A stretch of 64,000 nt of DNA from Phoronis australis (lineage: Eukaryota; Animalia; Phoronida): contig NMRA01000115.1 in NCBI GenBank assembly GCA_002633005.1, positions 827,965 through 891,964 on the forward strand. Reading direction: 5' to 3'. Of the stretch, positions 12,450-24,576 are shown piece by piece. The position numbers and the translations under genes are program-made. The stretch's first letter is position 1; each line of letters begins with the position of its first letter. The notes under the pieces were generated by a model. That model saw only the letters and a list, made by a program, of their open reading frames with translations, searched no databases and was not told where the DNA came from.

Positions 12450-13380
12450 GGCCGTACGGGTGAAAGTGTCACGCGTAATTACGGCCGAAATCGTTATATC
12501 CAATGAGAAATTGGTTTGTTGGCCACTTGAGCTCTGAAACAGTTGTGCGCTCGTCATTCTACAATCATATTTTTCGCTTGTAGTTTTACTTTCGTTAATT
12601 TACGCTCGTATTTTTCACATGTTATGAAGTAATCAGAAAGTAAAATCTCAGGTGCAAAGTACATAAGTGCAAAAGAGTGAAAATATCAAAGATTTATTGA
12701 AATGTTTTTATTTACTGCCCTAACCATTGGTTCGGTTTTAATACATCGCCAAAATGTATACCTAGCAGGCTGTCTGGCAATGCTTTTATATTATTTGTTA
12801 AAATAACCATAATTGTTCATTTATTTAGGCAAAGTTTCATTCTCTAACTCTGAACAATGCCTGCAGATGACTTATGACATCGCAAAAACATTGGTCCAAA
12901 ACGTTTTTAGGGGGTTATGTAGTAGAATTTCTAAATGTTGGTGGTAAATCACTCATTCTTTATTCAAGACATTTGAATAACAAATCATTTGCATAACAAA
13001 AACAGTGTCACCTGCGTATTAATTTAATGGCTGGTAGTCTCGTGGACTCGTACTTAAATATATTGACTATACTTGCTAAAATTACAAGCGAAAAATACGA
13101 GCGAAAAATTCGAGCGAAAAATACGAGCGAAAAATACGAGCGTAAAACTTCTTTAGATTTCTCACGTGACTTTCAAACCAATTTGTTATTGGATATAGCG
13201 ATTTCGGTCGTAATCATGAGCATAATTATGGACGAACGGTTTCGATCTTAAAACACGAGCGAAGTCTCGGCCGTGATCACGAGCGTAATTATGGGCGAAC
13301 GATTTTGATCTTAAAACACGAGCGAAGTCTCGGCCGTGATTACGAGCGTGATTACGCGCGACACTTTTACCAGAACGGCC
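12450..13380. mobile_element. MITE with GGCC termini (PIF/Harbinger-like) and subterminal tandem repeats
   Basis: ~34-bp TIR GGCCGTACGGGTGAAAGTGTCACGCGTAATTACG versus GGCCGTTCTGGTAAAAGTGTCGCGCGTAATCACG. GAAAAATACGAGC x4 at 13090-13142; ~63-bp repeats at 13205-13340. No clear TSD. Confidence 0.7.
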
Positions 13381-16300
13381 AAATTTTCAAATCAGGCGTG
13401 CTCTTAAATGAGTGCTTACACATCATTACATACTCAGACGGAAATATTTAGTCGGGGAATAACTTGACATTCAAATTTATTTGGCTACTAACTTGGTTAT
13501 CATTGTAGTTAGTAGTACGAGTAACAGCAACAATTTTATTGTTGTTGTCCATCTATATTATCCTAGCTTTAACGGAGAGACTGGGGCTGGACCTTTTCCG
13601 TGGGGGAGGGGGGAGGGGGGTTTCGATCGAACCCTCCAAACCCCCCCTGGCTACGGGCCTGTGATTAAAGTTCATGGCCAGTTTTATACATGAAGCACTT
13701 TTATAAGTTGTGTTGATCCGTCGTCCACTTAATATTTATACAACTGTGTACCAAGGCTAGCCACATCTATTTACACATCACAGACCGGTAGAACATGGAA
13801 TAAATAATTGTAATCGCTTACATGACTCAAGGGAGTGAGTTAAAAACTAAATAAAGGTGCCTAGATACTTGAATTGATTAAAGCTGTACTTTGAACTGAG
13901 TAAAACGACTCTGCGACAGCCCTGGGCAACAGTGTAAGAAACTAGAACCTTTTTGTCTTCAGTTAGTGTTGATACATGTAGCACCCCAAAGCTTGCTGGA
14001 CCACCATGCCTAGTATTGACAATAACATACCAAGAAGAAGAATGATCCCGTCAAAAATCCTCCGGAATATTGTCTGCTTGCTGTTTACTTGACAGAGCGC
14101 CATTTCACCGATATCTTACCTCCTCCTCCTGAAGAGTGCAGGTGAATGACTCCAACACGCATTTCCACGAAAGACGTCGCTCTAGTCGATTGGCGGTGTT
14201 GGCTTACGTAGTAAATGCCCCAACACGTACAGGAGCTAATACAAGTGTGTATCATGACGTAAGCTTGCACATGTATATTTGCTCATCATTGAGACTTCGT
14301 CCGACGTCATGAATGGCTGGTTTCGAGTACATTGTGCCTGGCCTGTGTACCGCAGACAACCCTATGGATATTTGCCAGATGAAGAACATAGCCGAAACAG
14401 GTTCTGTTTTGGGAATGTTGGGTCATTTTCACCCTATATGAGAACGACTTCACGCTACTGCTGACTTACGTACGCCCCAATGGTCATAAGTGAAAACGAT
14501 CCCAAGCGTCATTTTTCAACAGTGCCGGCGACGTAACTAACTGTCTAATCCTAATTTGTATTTAATGAACACAACATTCAAAGCTAACAGTTCGAGTTTG
14601 ACCAAGAAAGTTTGAGTAGTTACTCGAAATCTCGATTGTTTACTCCAGTTTGTTACTCAGTCTAGGGGTCATCAGGTGCGGCTTTCCGTGGCACTGAAGT
14701 ATGGATAAGTCATTAATTGTAATGAGGTTTCCGCGGACCCCCCATTCTTAAAAACAGTAAAATAAGGCAATCACAAACAGGGCTGAAAGTTAAGAAAAGT
14801 TTGTGTTTTCAGTTAGCGATATGTTTCGACTGATCTGAAAATAGTCTTTTTGTGTAATTTACAAATAGCGATCTGCGAATTCTTCAAATTTCCATTCGTT
14901 CAATGGCGGTCTATCCTATTGGGTTTTTTAATTCAACGATTTATGTGACGAATGTTTTTATAGTACTGCGCCTTGCACAAATTGGCTTTGTGTTGTTTTG
15001 AAGAATTTGGAACCTTCAGTCATATTCCCGCCGGACAGTGCCGGATTTAAAGAAAAGAGCAACTGCCGTGGGCTGCAGTCCGCGAGAGAGGCCATTTGAA
15101 AGGGTACCTCTTAATATGAAAGGCTAAATATCATTAAAATATGGAAGTGTGTCAATTAATTCCATCATAGTGTGACCCAAAAAGTGACCTTCCTTGTATG
15201 CAATTTCACAAAAAAGAACAGAAGCAATCGATTCCGTCATTGTACCCTCTCTTCATGATTGGGACCTTAATACGAAGTTATCAATAAAAACCGCGAATAG
15301 CAGCTTGGATGTTATCAACAGCCGCCCCTATAATTTCAAAAAAAACAGGAAATGAGTAGCAGTGATGCTATCTTTAAAATTCTCATTTTTTATCAAGTGA
15401 TATAAAATTTAAATGGATTGCGTTGTTCTTGTCAGAGAGGTCTCCCTAGAGAAATACAGTTCTACATTCCTTGAAATTATCTTCTCGAATTAAAAAATCC
15501 AGCGAATTAATAAATTCTGTAAAAGATATGCTTTAAAAACTGTCTCGACTTTTCGAAATATATGTATGAGCGATTAAGTGTACGGTTTCAAGTGTGTTTA
15601 GAAGAACTACGCTGCAAAACTGAGGGCCCCTAACACCAATGTCGTGGCCAGGGCCCCCCAAAGGATAAATCAAGCGGTAGTTGACAAATGTTCTCTTGAA
15701 TGTTCTCTCTTCTCCATGTTTTGATGTCTTTTTTGCTCGACTGCCCCGGTCCCACGGCTATGCTGGATGTTATGGTTTGGCCACGACGCCTGCAAATTAT
15801 TGTGGGCAAGCGCCTACCACAAGGCGAAAAAGGGACGCACATATAGGAAGCGAGAGGACCGAGAGAATACGTGACCCCCAATAGTTTGCAGGCCTATGGG
15901 TGAGCTTCATTGCCACCAACACAATTAATACAAGACGGAGCCAGGGGCAGTCGAGATAAGAAAGGTAAAGCTAAAATGTAGGAGAGTGAAAATTTAAGCA
16001 CGAGGTACTGGATTTACCTTATGCTGCATTGGCCAGGACATTTTTGTTAAGGGACCCCAGATTTAAAAAATGGCGTGTTCAATTCAAATAGTCCGAAAAC
16101 ACTTGTGAACAGATTTCCTAATGGAAACTGATTCAGATTTTAAACTGAAGAAGACAAATTTTAGGGTATACAAACCTTTATTTCCCAAGGTACTCCTCTC
16201 AGGCAGGGAATAGAGTCATCTGTCACTCCGTTCTTTTCCATCCACAAAAAGGGCGAAAAATGAACTCCAACGTCTTAATTGTTCAGGCTACTTGTACCTT

Positions 16301-18100
16301 AACACTGTCGGATTAAAGTCCAATAAAAAGTAATCGAGCGTTCAACTTGGATGTTCTGACAGTGAAAAGAGATTTCAGCGTTTTTTGGAGTGCAAGTTAA
16401 GTAACGAAACGGTGACAAGTTACCACTAGAAAAAATCAGAGCAAATTCTGAAAATTTCTCGGCGGGGGGGCCAAACCACCGTAGGATGCTCTGTCTAACG
16501 GACGTTCTCTCCCTGATGCTCGATCAATTAGGCCTACATGTATCTTCATTCATCCCTTTGGGAATTGCCTGCCCAAATTCCATAATCTGACTAATTACCA
16601 ATTCGTAAATTGTGCAATGTGGGTGCACTTATCTCACAGTGTGTTGTCATGTGATGATCAAAATTGTCACGGTTATTTTCTTCTGATAACATGCACGGGT
16701 AATTATTTACCTGTAGTGTATTTACAAAAAATTGACTGGTCCACAGACTTTTATTGCAAAACTTTTGATGATGGTTCAGAGAAGTTTGGTACAGGCAGAA
16801 TTTCGGGAAAATTGCTAGTTGATTTTTGCCAGTCTGAAACAACTCCCTAAGAAATTCTTTCGGTGAATTTTGACGTCGGAAGATGAAATCCTAACAGTTA
16901 AAATTAGCCGCTCCTGGGGGAAAGCCACTTGGAAATTATTGTGATTTGAAGAATGTTTTATGAGCGTTTCTTTTACTAATAAAAGAAGACGACTTCAAAA
17001 ATAACAGTAAAAAACAGGACATTCAGTTAACGACTCAAAAACCCCGTGCTTTTCTTTTCTATCTACCCTCGTTGTCCTGAATTGAGTTGGACTAGTAGAT
17101 AAAATAGTTTGTTTTTACATATTTTTCGGAGACGTTCATTTCGTCATTGTTCAAGAATATGCCTAATTCTTACTTCTGATTTTTTGTCCAATACCACGTA
17201 TAATATTTTGAATCGCACAAGGGGAAACAAGCTTAATTTTAATGCACACCTTATCTTTATTTGACAAAAATAAATCATTTGAAAAGACTGGTTATTCGAT
17301 TCCCTGTGCGTTTTAAAGTAGAATGAGCAGGAAGATTATCCGTATGAACCAGCCAGCACACTAAATCATTGCTTAAATTTATTCCTGCTTGAAGAAGTGT
17401 CTCGAAAATTTGTCGTCTTTTTATGTTTTAATCTTGGTGACCTAGGCCTACTGTAGTCTTGCTAAAAATACTATATTGGCCCGGCTGGAGTTTGGGCGAA
17501 AGCCGCCTCGCCGGGTGTAAAGAATCGCATGAAAGTGTTGTGTATTCACCTTAGCTAATCAGCGAAACACTACAGAAATATTTCTAGAATGTTACTTCAA
17601 GAATACTACTGAAGTTCTAAAAATTATAATTTCCCTGATGACAAAACAGGGATTTTGCAAAAAGTGAATTTAGTGACGCCGGGAAAACCAGGCGCAAAGA
17701 GATTATTATACAAGCTAGCATGAAATAAATTATGAGGTTAAGGCAGCTTAGCGGAGTCATCAAGTATTATTTACCTCATAATGAAATAAATATGTTTACT
17801 ATTAATTATTGAAAGTGCATCATTAGTTCAGTTGTGACATCAGAGACTCGTGGGCTGTATTTTTGTCCCACTTAGAAGTTATTGTGGCAGTTAGTAAATT
17901 TTCTTTAAAAAAATTAACTAACTGGTTTTCAACTTCAAACCTCAATCTAACGATGGACTTCCCATTTTCTTCGTCGCGGAGTCTTATGAGCCCAGCCTGT
18001 CTCACTCTATAGTGTCTCAGGGTAATAAGGGACGAACTCAAAAAAGCACGAAGGTTACAATATTTATCGCTAGAGATCGCTACAGTTCGTGAAACAAACA

Positions 18101-18110
18101 TCTCGCGAGA
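18101..18110. promoter_or_regulatory. TCTCGCGAGA palindrome (BANP / 'Kaiso' housekeeping-promoter motif) upstream of SNRPA1
   Basis: Exact motif ~150 bp upstream of the SNRPA1 ATG, in a CpG-enriched stretch. Confidence 0.55.
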
Positions 18111-18262
18111 CAACGAGAAATTCGAAGTGTTGAGAGCACGCTCGAAAAGGATTTCACTGTTCAAAGTCGAGGAAAGCTTTTCCAAAGAGTTTTTCCTCCG
18201 AATATCGGTTATTTGATGGATTTTATGTAGAGCCTTAACCTGATTACTCCTATACATTTACC

Positions 18263-21200
18263 ATGGTAAAATTAACACCAGAACTTATCGAACAATCGGC
18301 ACAATATACGAACCCAGTGCGAGATCGTGAACTCGATTTGAGAGGTGAGCAGATCATTACGTTTAAACGGCCGTAGCTTCATGCCATGACATAGCCTTCA
18401 AGCTAATGTTACTTTGTAACTACTCACTTACTTACTTAGGCCTACTCACTTACTTGTATTTTCTTAACCCCCTTCTAGTCTCAAATCAAATGAGTGTCAA
18501 ATGTCATTGTCATACCGAGTGATTGTTCCACGCCACAGCCACAGGCACAGGGAAATCGAGGTTAATTTAGTGTTCTAGAGAAAAGTGTGGATAATTTTTG
18601 GTGACCGTAATGTTAGAGTGTTCACAACCAGGTGGAGAGGATAGTGTATTAACTATTCAACATTCAATAAAATTGTTTAATGTGGATAGAAAACTTAATA
18701 TGGTGTAACCTGATAATCAAAATTATAGTATTATAAGCAAATATTGTATGAGATTTCATAATTGCCATGTCTATTGAGTTGGTCAGAGAGATAAATTGAT
18801 GAACTCTTACAGGTTACAAGATACCAGTCATTGAAAACCTGGGTGCAACATTAGACCAGTTTGACACTATAGATCTGTCGGATAATGACGCGAGGAAAGT
18901 GGATGGGTTTCCTTTACTACGGCGTTTAAAACACATTCTTCTGAACAACAACAGAGTTGTGTAAGTAATAGTACAGCAGGTTAAGAACAGTTGTTTGGTT
19001 AAAGTACCACGCATCAGTGAGTAGCAAACTTTCAAACTTTATGCTGCTCCGGTTTGAATTACCCCATTGTTGGCGAAACACCTTTTTGAACATATGACTC
19101 AGGGTCAGAAAACACTCATCCCTTTCACGTCATGTTTACAACAGCATGATTGAGATATCTGATATTAACGGATGAATTTTTTTAATGTTTTTTATGAAGT
19201 TTATTCAGTACAGTGGATGAATTAGTTGGTGATACAACGTTCAGACCTTATTAATACAGTTCAAGAAATGTGCATTACTTGGATTAAAGTGCAAAACTGT
19301 GTGCGAATTACGCGAGGCAAGAAATTCCCACTAAGTAGTATTGTGTAAAAAAAGTGCGGGACAAAACATTATTGTTTCTAAATAATTTGTGGTGTGCAAA
19401 ATGAGGTGAGTGTGCGAAGTAAGTTGAGAATTACTGTAATTAGCAAAAATAATATTTTGGATTAAAATGGAATCAAAACTAAGAGTTCCACCCCAAAACA
19501 TGTAAAATTTGGGAAATGTCATGGTCGAGTTTGCAGCAGACATATTTGCATTTACTAGTAGCTAAATGAATAAAAGTACAAAAATTTAGTTACTTAAACT
19601 GTTAATTTTTATCACAAAGGAGTCCAGTCACCTGAAAATGGCTTTTGTTAGAAAACGTAGGTTTGGCACTGAGGCACTTGCCACTTACAAGTTCAATAAA
19701 GTAACACCACCGTCTTGACAGAGACACCCTCTTTGGTGTCTTTTACAAGTCACTGAAATGTCAACACATTATTTCAGGCGGATAGCTGAAGGGTTAGAAC
19801 AGAGCTTGCCCAACCTAGAGTCACTGATTCTTAGCAACAATGGTGTCCAAGAGCTGGGTGACATAGACAACCTAGCAACGGTCAAGTCCCTCAGGTGTCT
19901 CAGGTAACTAGGAGACTTAATGCTGTATTGTACATGCCTATGACGGTGATCTTGGGATTTCCAGGAGCACTGTTCTACTTCGACCATCACAGTGTTTCCT
20001 GAAACTTCATTCTTCAGAGGGTATGAACTGTAGACAAACAGGTCACCGAGGGTGAATTTGTGGGTTTGTTTGAGATGGGGACTGCAGAAATTTACTTTGA
20101 AAGGGGCAATAAAGCCTCTGCCTCTGTCAAAAATCAAATTTGGTTTAAATCATTCTTTCTGATTCCTGTTAGAAATGGTTTCTCGGCTTGAGAGGGAGAA
20201 CCGTATGCTTGAGACCCAACCCATCAAGTCGCTTGACACAGCGGGTTAGTTTCAGTTGCCAACACAATATTCCTTGAGATTTTTTGTAACCAGTTTCAAT
20301 ACACCTTTGAAGAAAGTTGGTGTTTTCAATAGCAGAACAGGGTTGATATAGATCCACTTAAACAAATTCAATCAAGGTGATATAAACAACCCTGAGTGGT
20401 ACTGACTTGTCCTTTCTTTATCACATGCAATATTTCATGGTTTTAAGCCTTGAGCATTAACATTTGCCCAGGATTGCTGGTCAGTAGAAGGGGCCGACTT
20501 ATTCACTGTTTGGTAGTGTGTCTGAACTTGAATGCTATTTTCAGTTTATTGCGTAACCCAATTACCACAAAGAAACACTACAGACTCTACGTTATTCACA
20601 GACTGCCACAGTTGAAGTTGTTGGATTTTCAGAAAATTAAACAAAAGGTGAGCTCATTATCTAAATTTTTGTGACTTTTTAAGCAAGGTCAAAAGACATA
20701 AGCAATTTAATGGCTGTGCCTCTTAACTCCTACTACACAAGCAGCTTAATTGATTAGAAAATTTATTTGTGTACAATATTCTTACATGTATTCACTCATG
20801 GTGCTGCGTCGTGTGCGTAATTTCTGCACCATGTTTGGAAATCTCGAGTGAAGCTCTGAGCCATGTTTTAAATGAGAATTTCTTTCTGACAAATCATTGA
20901 AATGTTATTGCAAAGCATTACCCATCTCTATTCTTTTGGAGTAAAAATGATTGTGACATGCTTAGCAAGTGAAAATACTGTGAATAGTTGTTTTTGTGAA
21001 ATAACATAGGAAGATTAGAATGCAAAGACATGGCTCGCAATTTGCACCACAATTGGATTTTAGCACTGGTAGAGCTCTGATGTATGATGCAATAGTCTGT
21101 TTGGTTGTTTGTTCATTATTAATTTTTTCCTAATTTTTTGTTTTTAGTCTTTTCTCATCTTAAAATTTATCAATGTCTGCTTTTGTGTTACATGTGTATG

Positions 21201-24200
21201 CCTGATTCAAATTCTGGGTAAATTGGTGTTATTTTGTTCATTGGTATTTTAAAAGATTTTGCAAACTAACGCTTCTGGCTGTGGTCCTCTAAACAGAGAA
21301 GCTGACACCAAATCTATGGTACAAATCCTCAAACCTGTGCCCCTGAACTCCATGGGTTGTAGATGATCAGTACATAGTTTCTAATCTCCAATCCCAGGGA
21401 TGAGATTCGTCATCTAGACAGTCCCCGAAACTGTTGCTAGGTTACCACTTATAAAACATGTCATCAGAGTCTTGTTGGAATATGTGGTACGGGTTTCATG
21501 TCTGCCAGTCGGGGACAGGGGTCTAGAGTATTGTAGCTAGACTTCAGAGGCGCAGCCAAAGAATTGCTTCCACTCCTTGAAGATGACGCATGCAGTGCAA
21601 GACAGAAGTAATCTGTCAAAGCACCGTGTACCCGTGATGATGGCTAATTCTGTTCACAGCAAAAATGACTATTAGGACGGCATGTTGATTCCCTTTCATT
21701 CTCAGATGTGAGGGAACATTATTCTGATGATGAATTTGGCTTTTGCCCAGCCATCGTTAAGGGGAATTCTGGGTCATTTTGTCAGAATACGTTTGTCTCG
21801 TGCACATTCTGCGCTTATTGCCTGTGGGAGTATCCTTTGGTACTTGCATGTATTTCTGTGGCTAATCTTGATTTGTTTTGAGCTCTGGAATAAGGTAACT
21901 TTGCACTTTTTTCTCCATGGTTGTTTTATATCAGGGGCGAGCTTACAGATAGTATTTTGCCCCCCCCCACTAATTCTTTTAGTCAAAGTGGTCAAGTTGG
22001 CAAAACAAAAGTTAAACAAATTACTGTCACAATAAAATGCATATTTAGACACACTTTTGGGAGTCGAAACTTTACCAAAATTTGACTTGAAACGATTTAT
22101 TGTGAAAGCATTGTCTGCCTTTAGTCACTCACTCCTTATATGCTCCATAGGAGCGTGAGGCTGCTGCCCACATGTTTAAAGGCAAGAAGGGCTCACAGTT
22201 GGCGTCACAGATCGGCAAGCGATCCAAGACTTTCACACCTGGCGCAGAGCTGGAGGCTGGCAAGAGACCAGAACCCAGTGGACCTAACAGGCAGGATGTA
22301 GAGGCGATCAAGGTACACTAAACAGTCCATGGACACCTTTTCATGTGGTGTTCCTTGCCTGTGTGAAAGCATGGAACAGGCTGATTAATAGGGACGGAAA
22401 GTGTGACGTGTCGTTACTAGGGTCCCTCGTAAGAAATTGTGCAATTTTGGTTCTTACCCTTGCCACTTTTCTAAGGGAAATTTCATTAGGTCAAAAGTTG
22501 TAACTGGAAAATCTCCTCGTAAACTCTGCTTAAAACACAAGTGATTAATATACTAGTCTGTGTGGTTCTTACACCCTGTGACATGAGTGTCAGATCGCAA
22601 CAAGTTGTTTTTGTTGAGTTTTGAACAAGAATGGTATTGCATATTGCTAGTCTTACATAATCACTTTCAAACCCTATTGGGTCTCTAAACTTTCCTAAAC
22701 ATTGTAGCTATTTGTTTCTAATTAACAGAGAGTGAGAAATCACCTGTGACAGATATGTGATGTTGACACCTTTTTACTTGTTGATACCCTGAACGGCTTG
22801 TTTACGGAGATAAGTCATTCGCTATGATGGTGTTTGAAATGTATTTTGTATGATTGAAGAGTGTATTTCAGGTGATGAGTAAGAAAGAACGTCTCTTGAT
22901 GTATACTCTCATTCACACCCGACCAAATTTTTTTTAGCCTCTCTTATGGATAATACAAGAGGAAATCAACACTAGACTTTAAGCAGGTCCTAGTGTTAAA
23001 GTCTTCAGTCAAACCTCGCTCAATTCTGAATGTGCTGTAATATTGTATGATTTCGGAAAATGTTAGTTTTAATTCACGGCAAATGACAGAATCATGTTTT
23101 TTTCCGGGAAACTGTTGAAAATTTGAAGTACAACCGTTCGTCTGTTGATCTAAATGTCTCCTATCAAACATTGAAGTCTGTCATGAATGTTTAATGTGCA
23201 AACAGCCATTGAGGCAGCCCTTTACATTGATTTACCCAGGAAATCAACTATCCTGGCCTGTAATTAATCCACCCAGTGAACTTAAGGTTTTGTAGTACCT
23301 TATGGACAAGTCTGTTCGTGTAGCTAAATATAGATCTTCAAAACTATAGAATTTAACTTTGTAAAAGTACATATTTTCTGAAAGTAGCAATTCTGTAGAA
23401 TTTGATGTTTGACTTTTTACCAATCTGCCACTGAGTAGGTCACGTGACCATGGGTTTTTAAGGAAAATTTATCAAAAAAGAAAAGCATATCCATAGCAAA
23501 ACAACAGGATCTATAACGTTGACCAAATTTCAAATGAATTGATGTTCAAGATAAAATCTCAAAATCACTGTGGTGTGGTCAATTTTTCTAAATTATCATT
23601 TTGTTTTCGATTACTTTAAAATTTTTTCATAAATATCATGCAAGTCCGTGGCTATTGTTGATAGCCATCATGCAGAAGTGTAAAATTTTAAAAACTATTC
23701 GTAAGCATTTCAGAGAACAGTGCATAACACATAGTATCTGAAAGTTTCATATGAATCCGATTTGCCATTTCGGAGTTATGATGTTCCCTAGTTGACCAAG
23801 ATTGGAATTTATTAAGGGTCTTACATAACCTTAACCTATCCGTCATCACCTTTCCAGGCTGCCATTGCTAATGCCACCACTTTGGAAGAGGTAGAGCGAC
23901 TGAATGCCCTGCTGAGGGCTGGCCAGATACCAGGGGCAAATCAGAGGACAGCTAAAGGTTGGGGCACGTGGGGGAAGATGTCAATTTGACATTGGAGAAA
24001 TATGTTACAGTTTTGTTGTTTTGTTTTGAAAGAAATAAAGCTCGCATAAGTTGGATTCAGCCAGGACTGATATTTTATCCGTACAGTGTGGTGGGACTTG
24101 ACTGAAGGAACCCGTGCATGAACTTTAATAATCTTTCCATCAAACTTTGTTGGAGTTAAGCGAAGATCCGACTTCTGCGAGTTACATATTGCTGTCAAAT

Positions 24201-24576
24201 GATAATAAAACTATCCCTCCCGGGTCTGTTCTAAACTGTTTGCTTTACCAAATCAACTTGTATAGTCCTGCTGGCTTGGGACTTGTGAAATGGAATGTAG
24301 TAAGAGAGTATATATTATAATCCAAACATTTTGTAAAGCAGTTTGACTATAAATGGATAGTATGATCTTAAGCTGCACAAAATCGAAGAATTCATACGGT
24401 CCTGTTAAGAGACATTCCCAGGTCTCGATAATCTTACCGATTTAATGAATGGCAATGTAGTTTTTCACAAGGTAACGTGGAGTTTATGGAACACCTCGTC
24501 TTTACTACATCTTTGTTTTTCAGGTTTCCAAGCAGAAGAAGAAATGGAGACTGATGTTCCCAATGGAAATTATTGA
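18263..24576 (+). CDS. SNRPA1: U2 small nuclear ribonucleoprotein A' (257 aa)
   Basis: Exons 18263-18344, 18813-18960, 19778-19903, 20545-20647, 22151-22312, 23858-23957, 24524-24576. Translation MVKLTPELIEQSAQYTNPVRDRELDLRGYKIPVIENLGATLDQFDTIDLSDN...HYRLYVIHRLPQLKLLDFQKIK...AIANATTLEEVERL. GT-AG introns, phases consistent. Confidence 0.97.
23286..23830. mobile_element. Kolobok-like MITE with TTAA TSD in SNRPA1 intron 5
   Basis: TTAA|GGTTTTGTAGTACC ... GGTCTTACATAACC|TTAA; a second family copy lies at 6356-6666. Confidence 0.8.

Larger units (their letters stand above)
9806..13661. mobile_element. hAT-like non-autonomous element with 5-bp TSD, host of two nested insertions
   Basis: Perfect 15-bp TIR CAGGCCCGTAGCCAG / CTGGCTACGGGCCTG; TGATT duplicated at 9801-9805 and 13662-13666. 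Confidence 0.85.

Noticed and set aside
13205-13345. Repeat-spacer-like arrays here and at 36983-37100 and 38222-38355, considered as CRISPR-like
   Set aside because: Eukaryotic context, head-to-tail units without unique spacers, and no cas genes; they are ordinary minisatellites or subterminal TE repeats.
14085-14520. Possible extra exons (splice-like motifs; ATG...C|GTAAGT on the minus strand)
   Set aside because: No recognisable protein similarity and no partner exons; cannot be supported.
17823-18257. 144-aa minus-strand ORF divergent from SNRPA1
   Set aside because: No recognisable domain or splice structure; it overlaps the CpG-rich promoter and is likely spurious.
21634-21727. Box C/D snoRNA-like segment (GTGATGA...CTGA) in SNRPA1 intron 4
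   Set aside because: No terminal stem and no rRNA or snRNA antisense element that I could recognise; would need snoscan or Infernal.
22633-22642. TGGTATTGCA resembling U2 SLIV on the SNRPA1 sense strand
   Set aside because: The loop is incomplete (ATTGCAT) and there is no closing stem.
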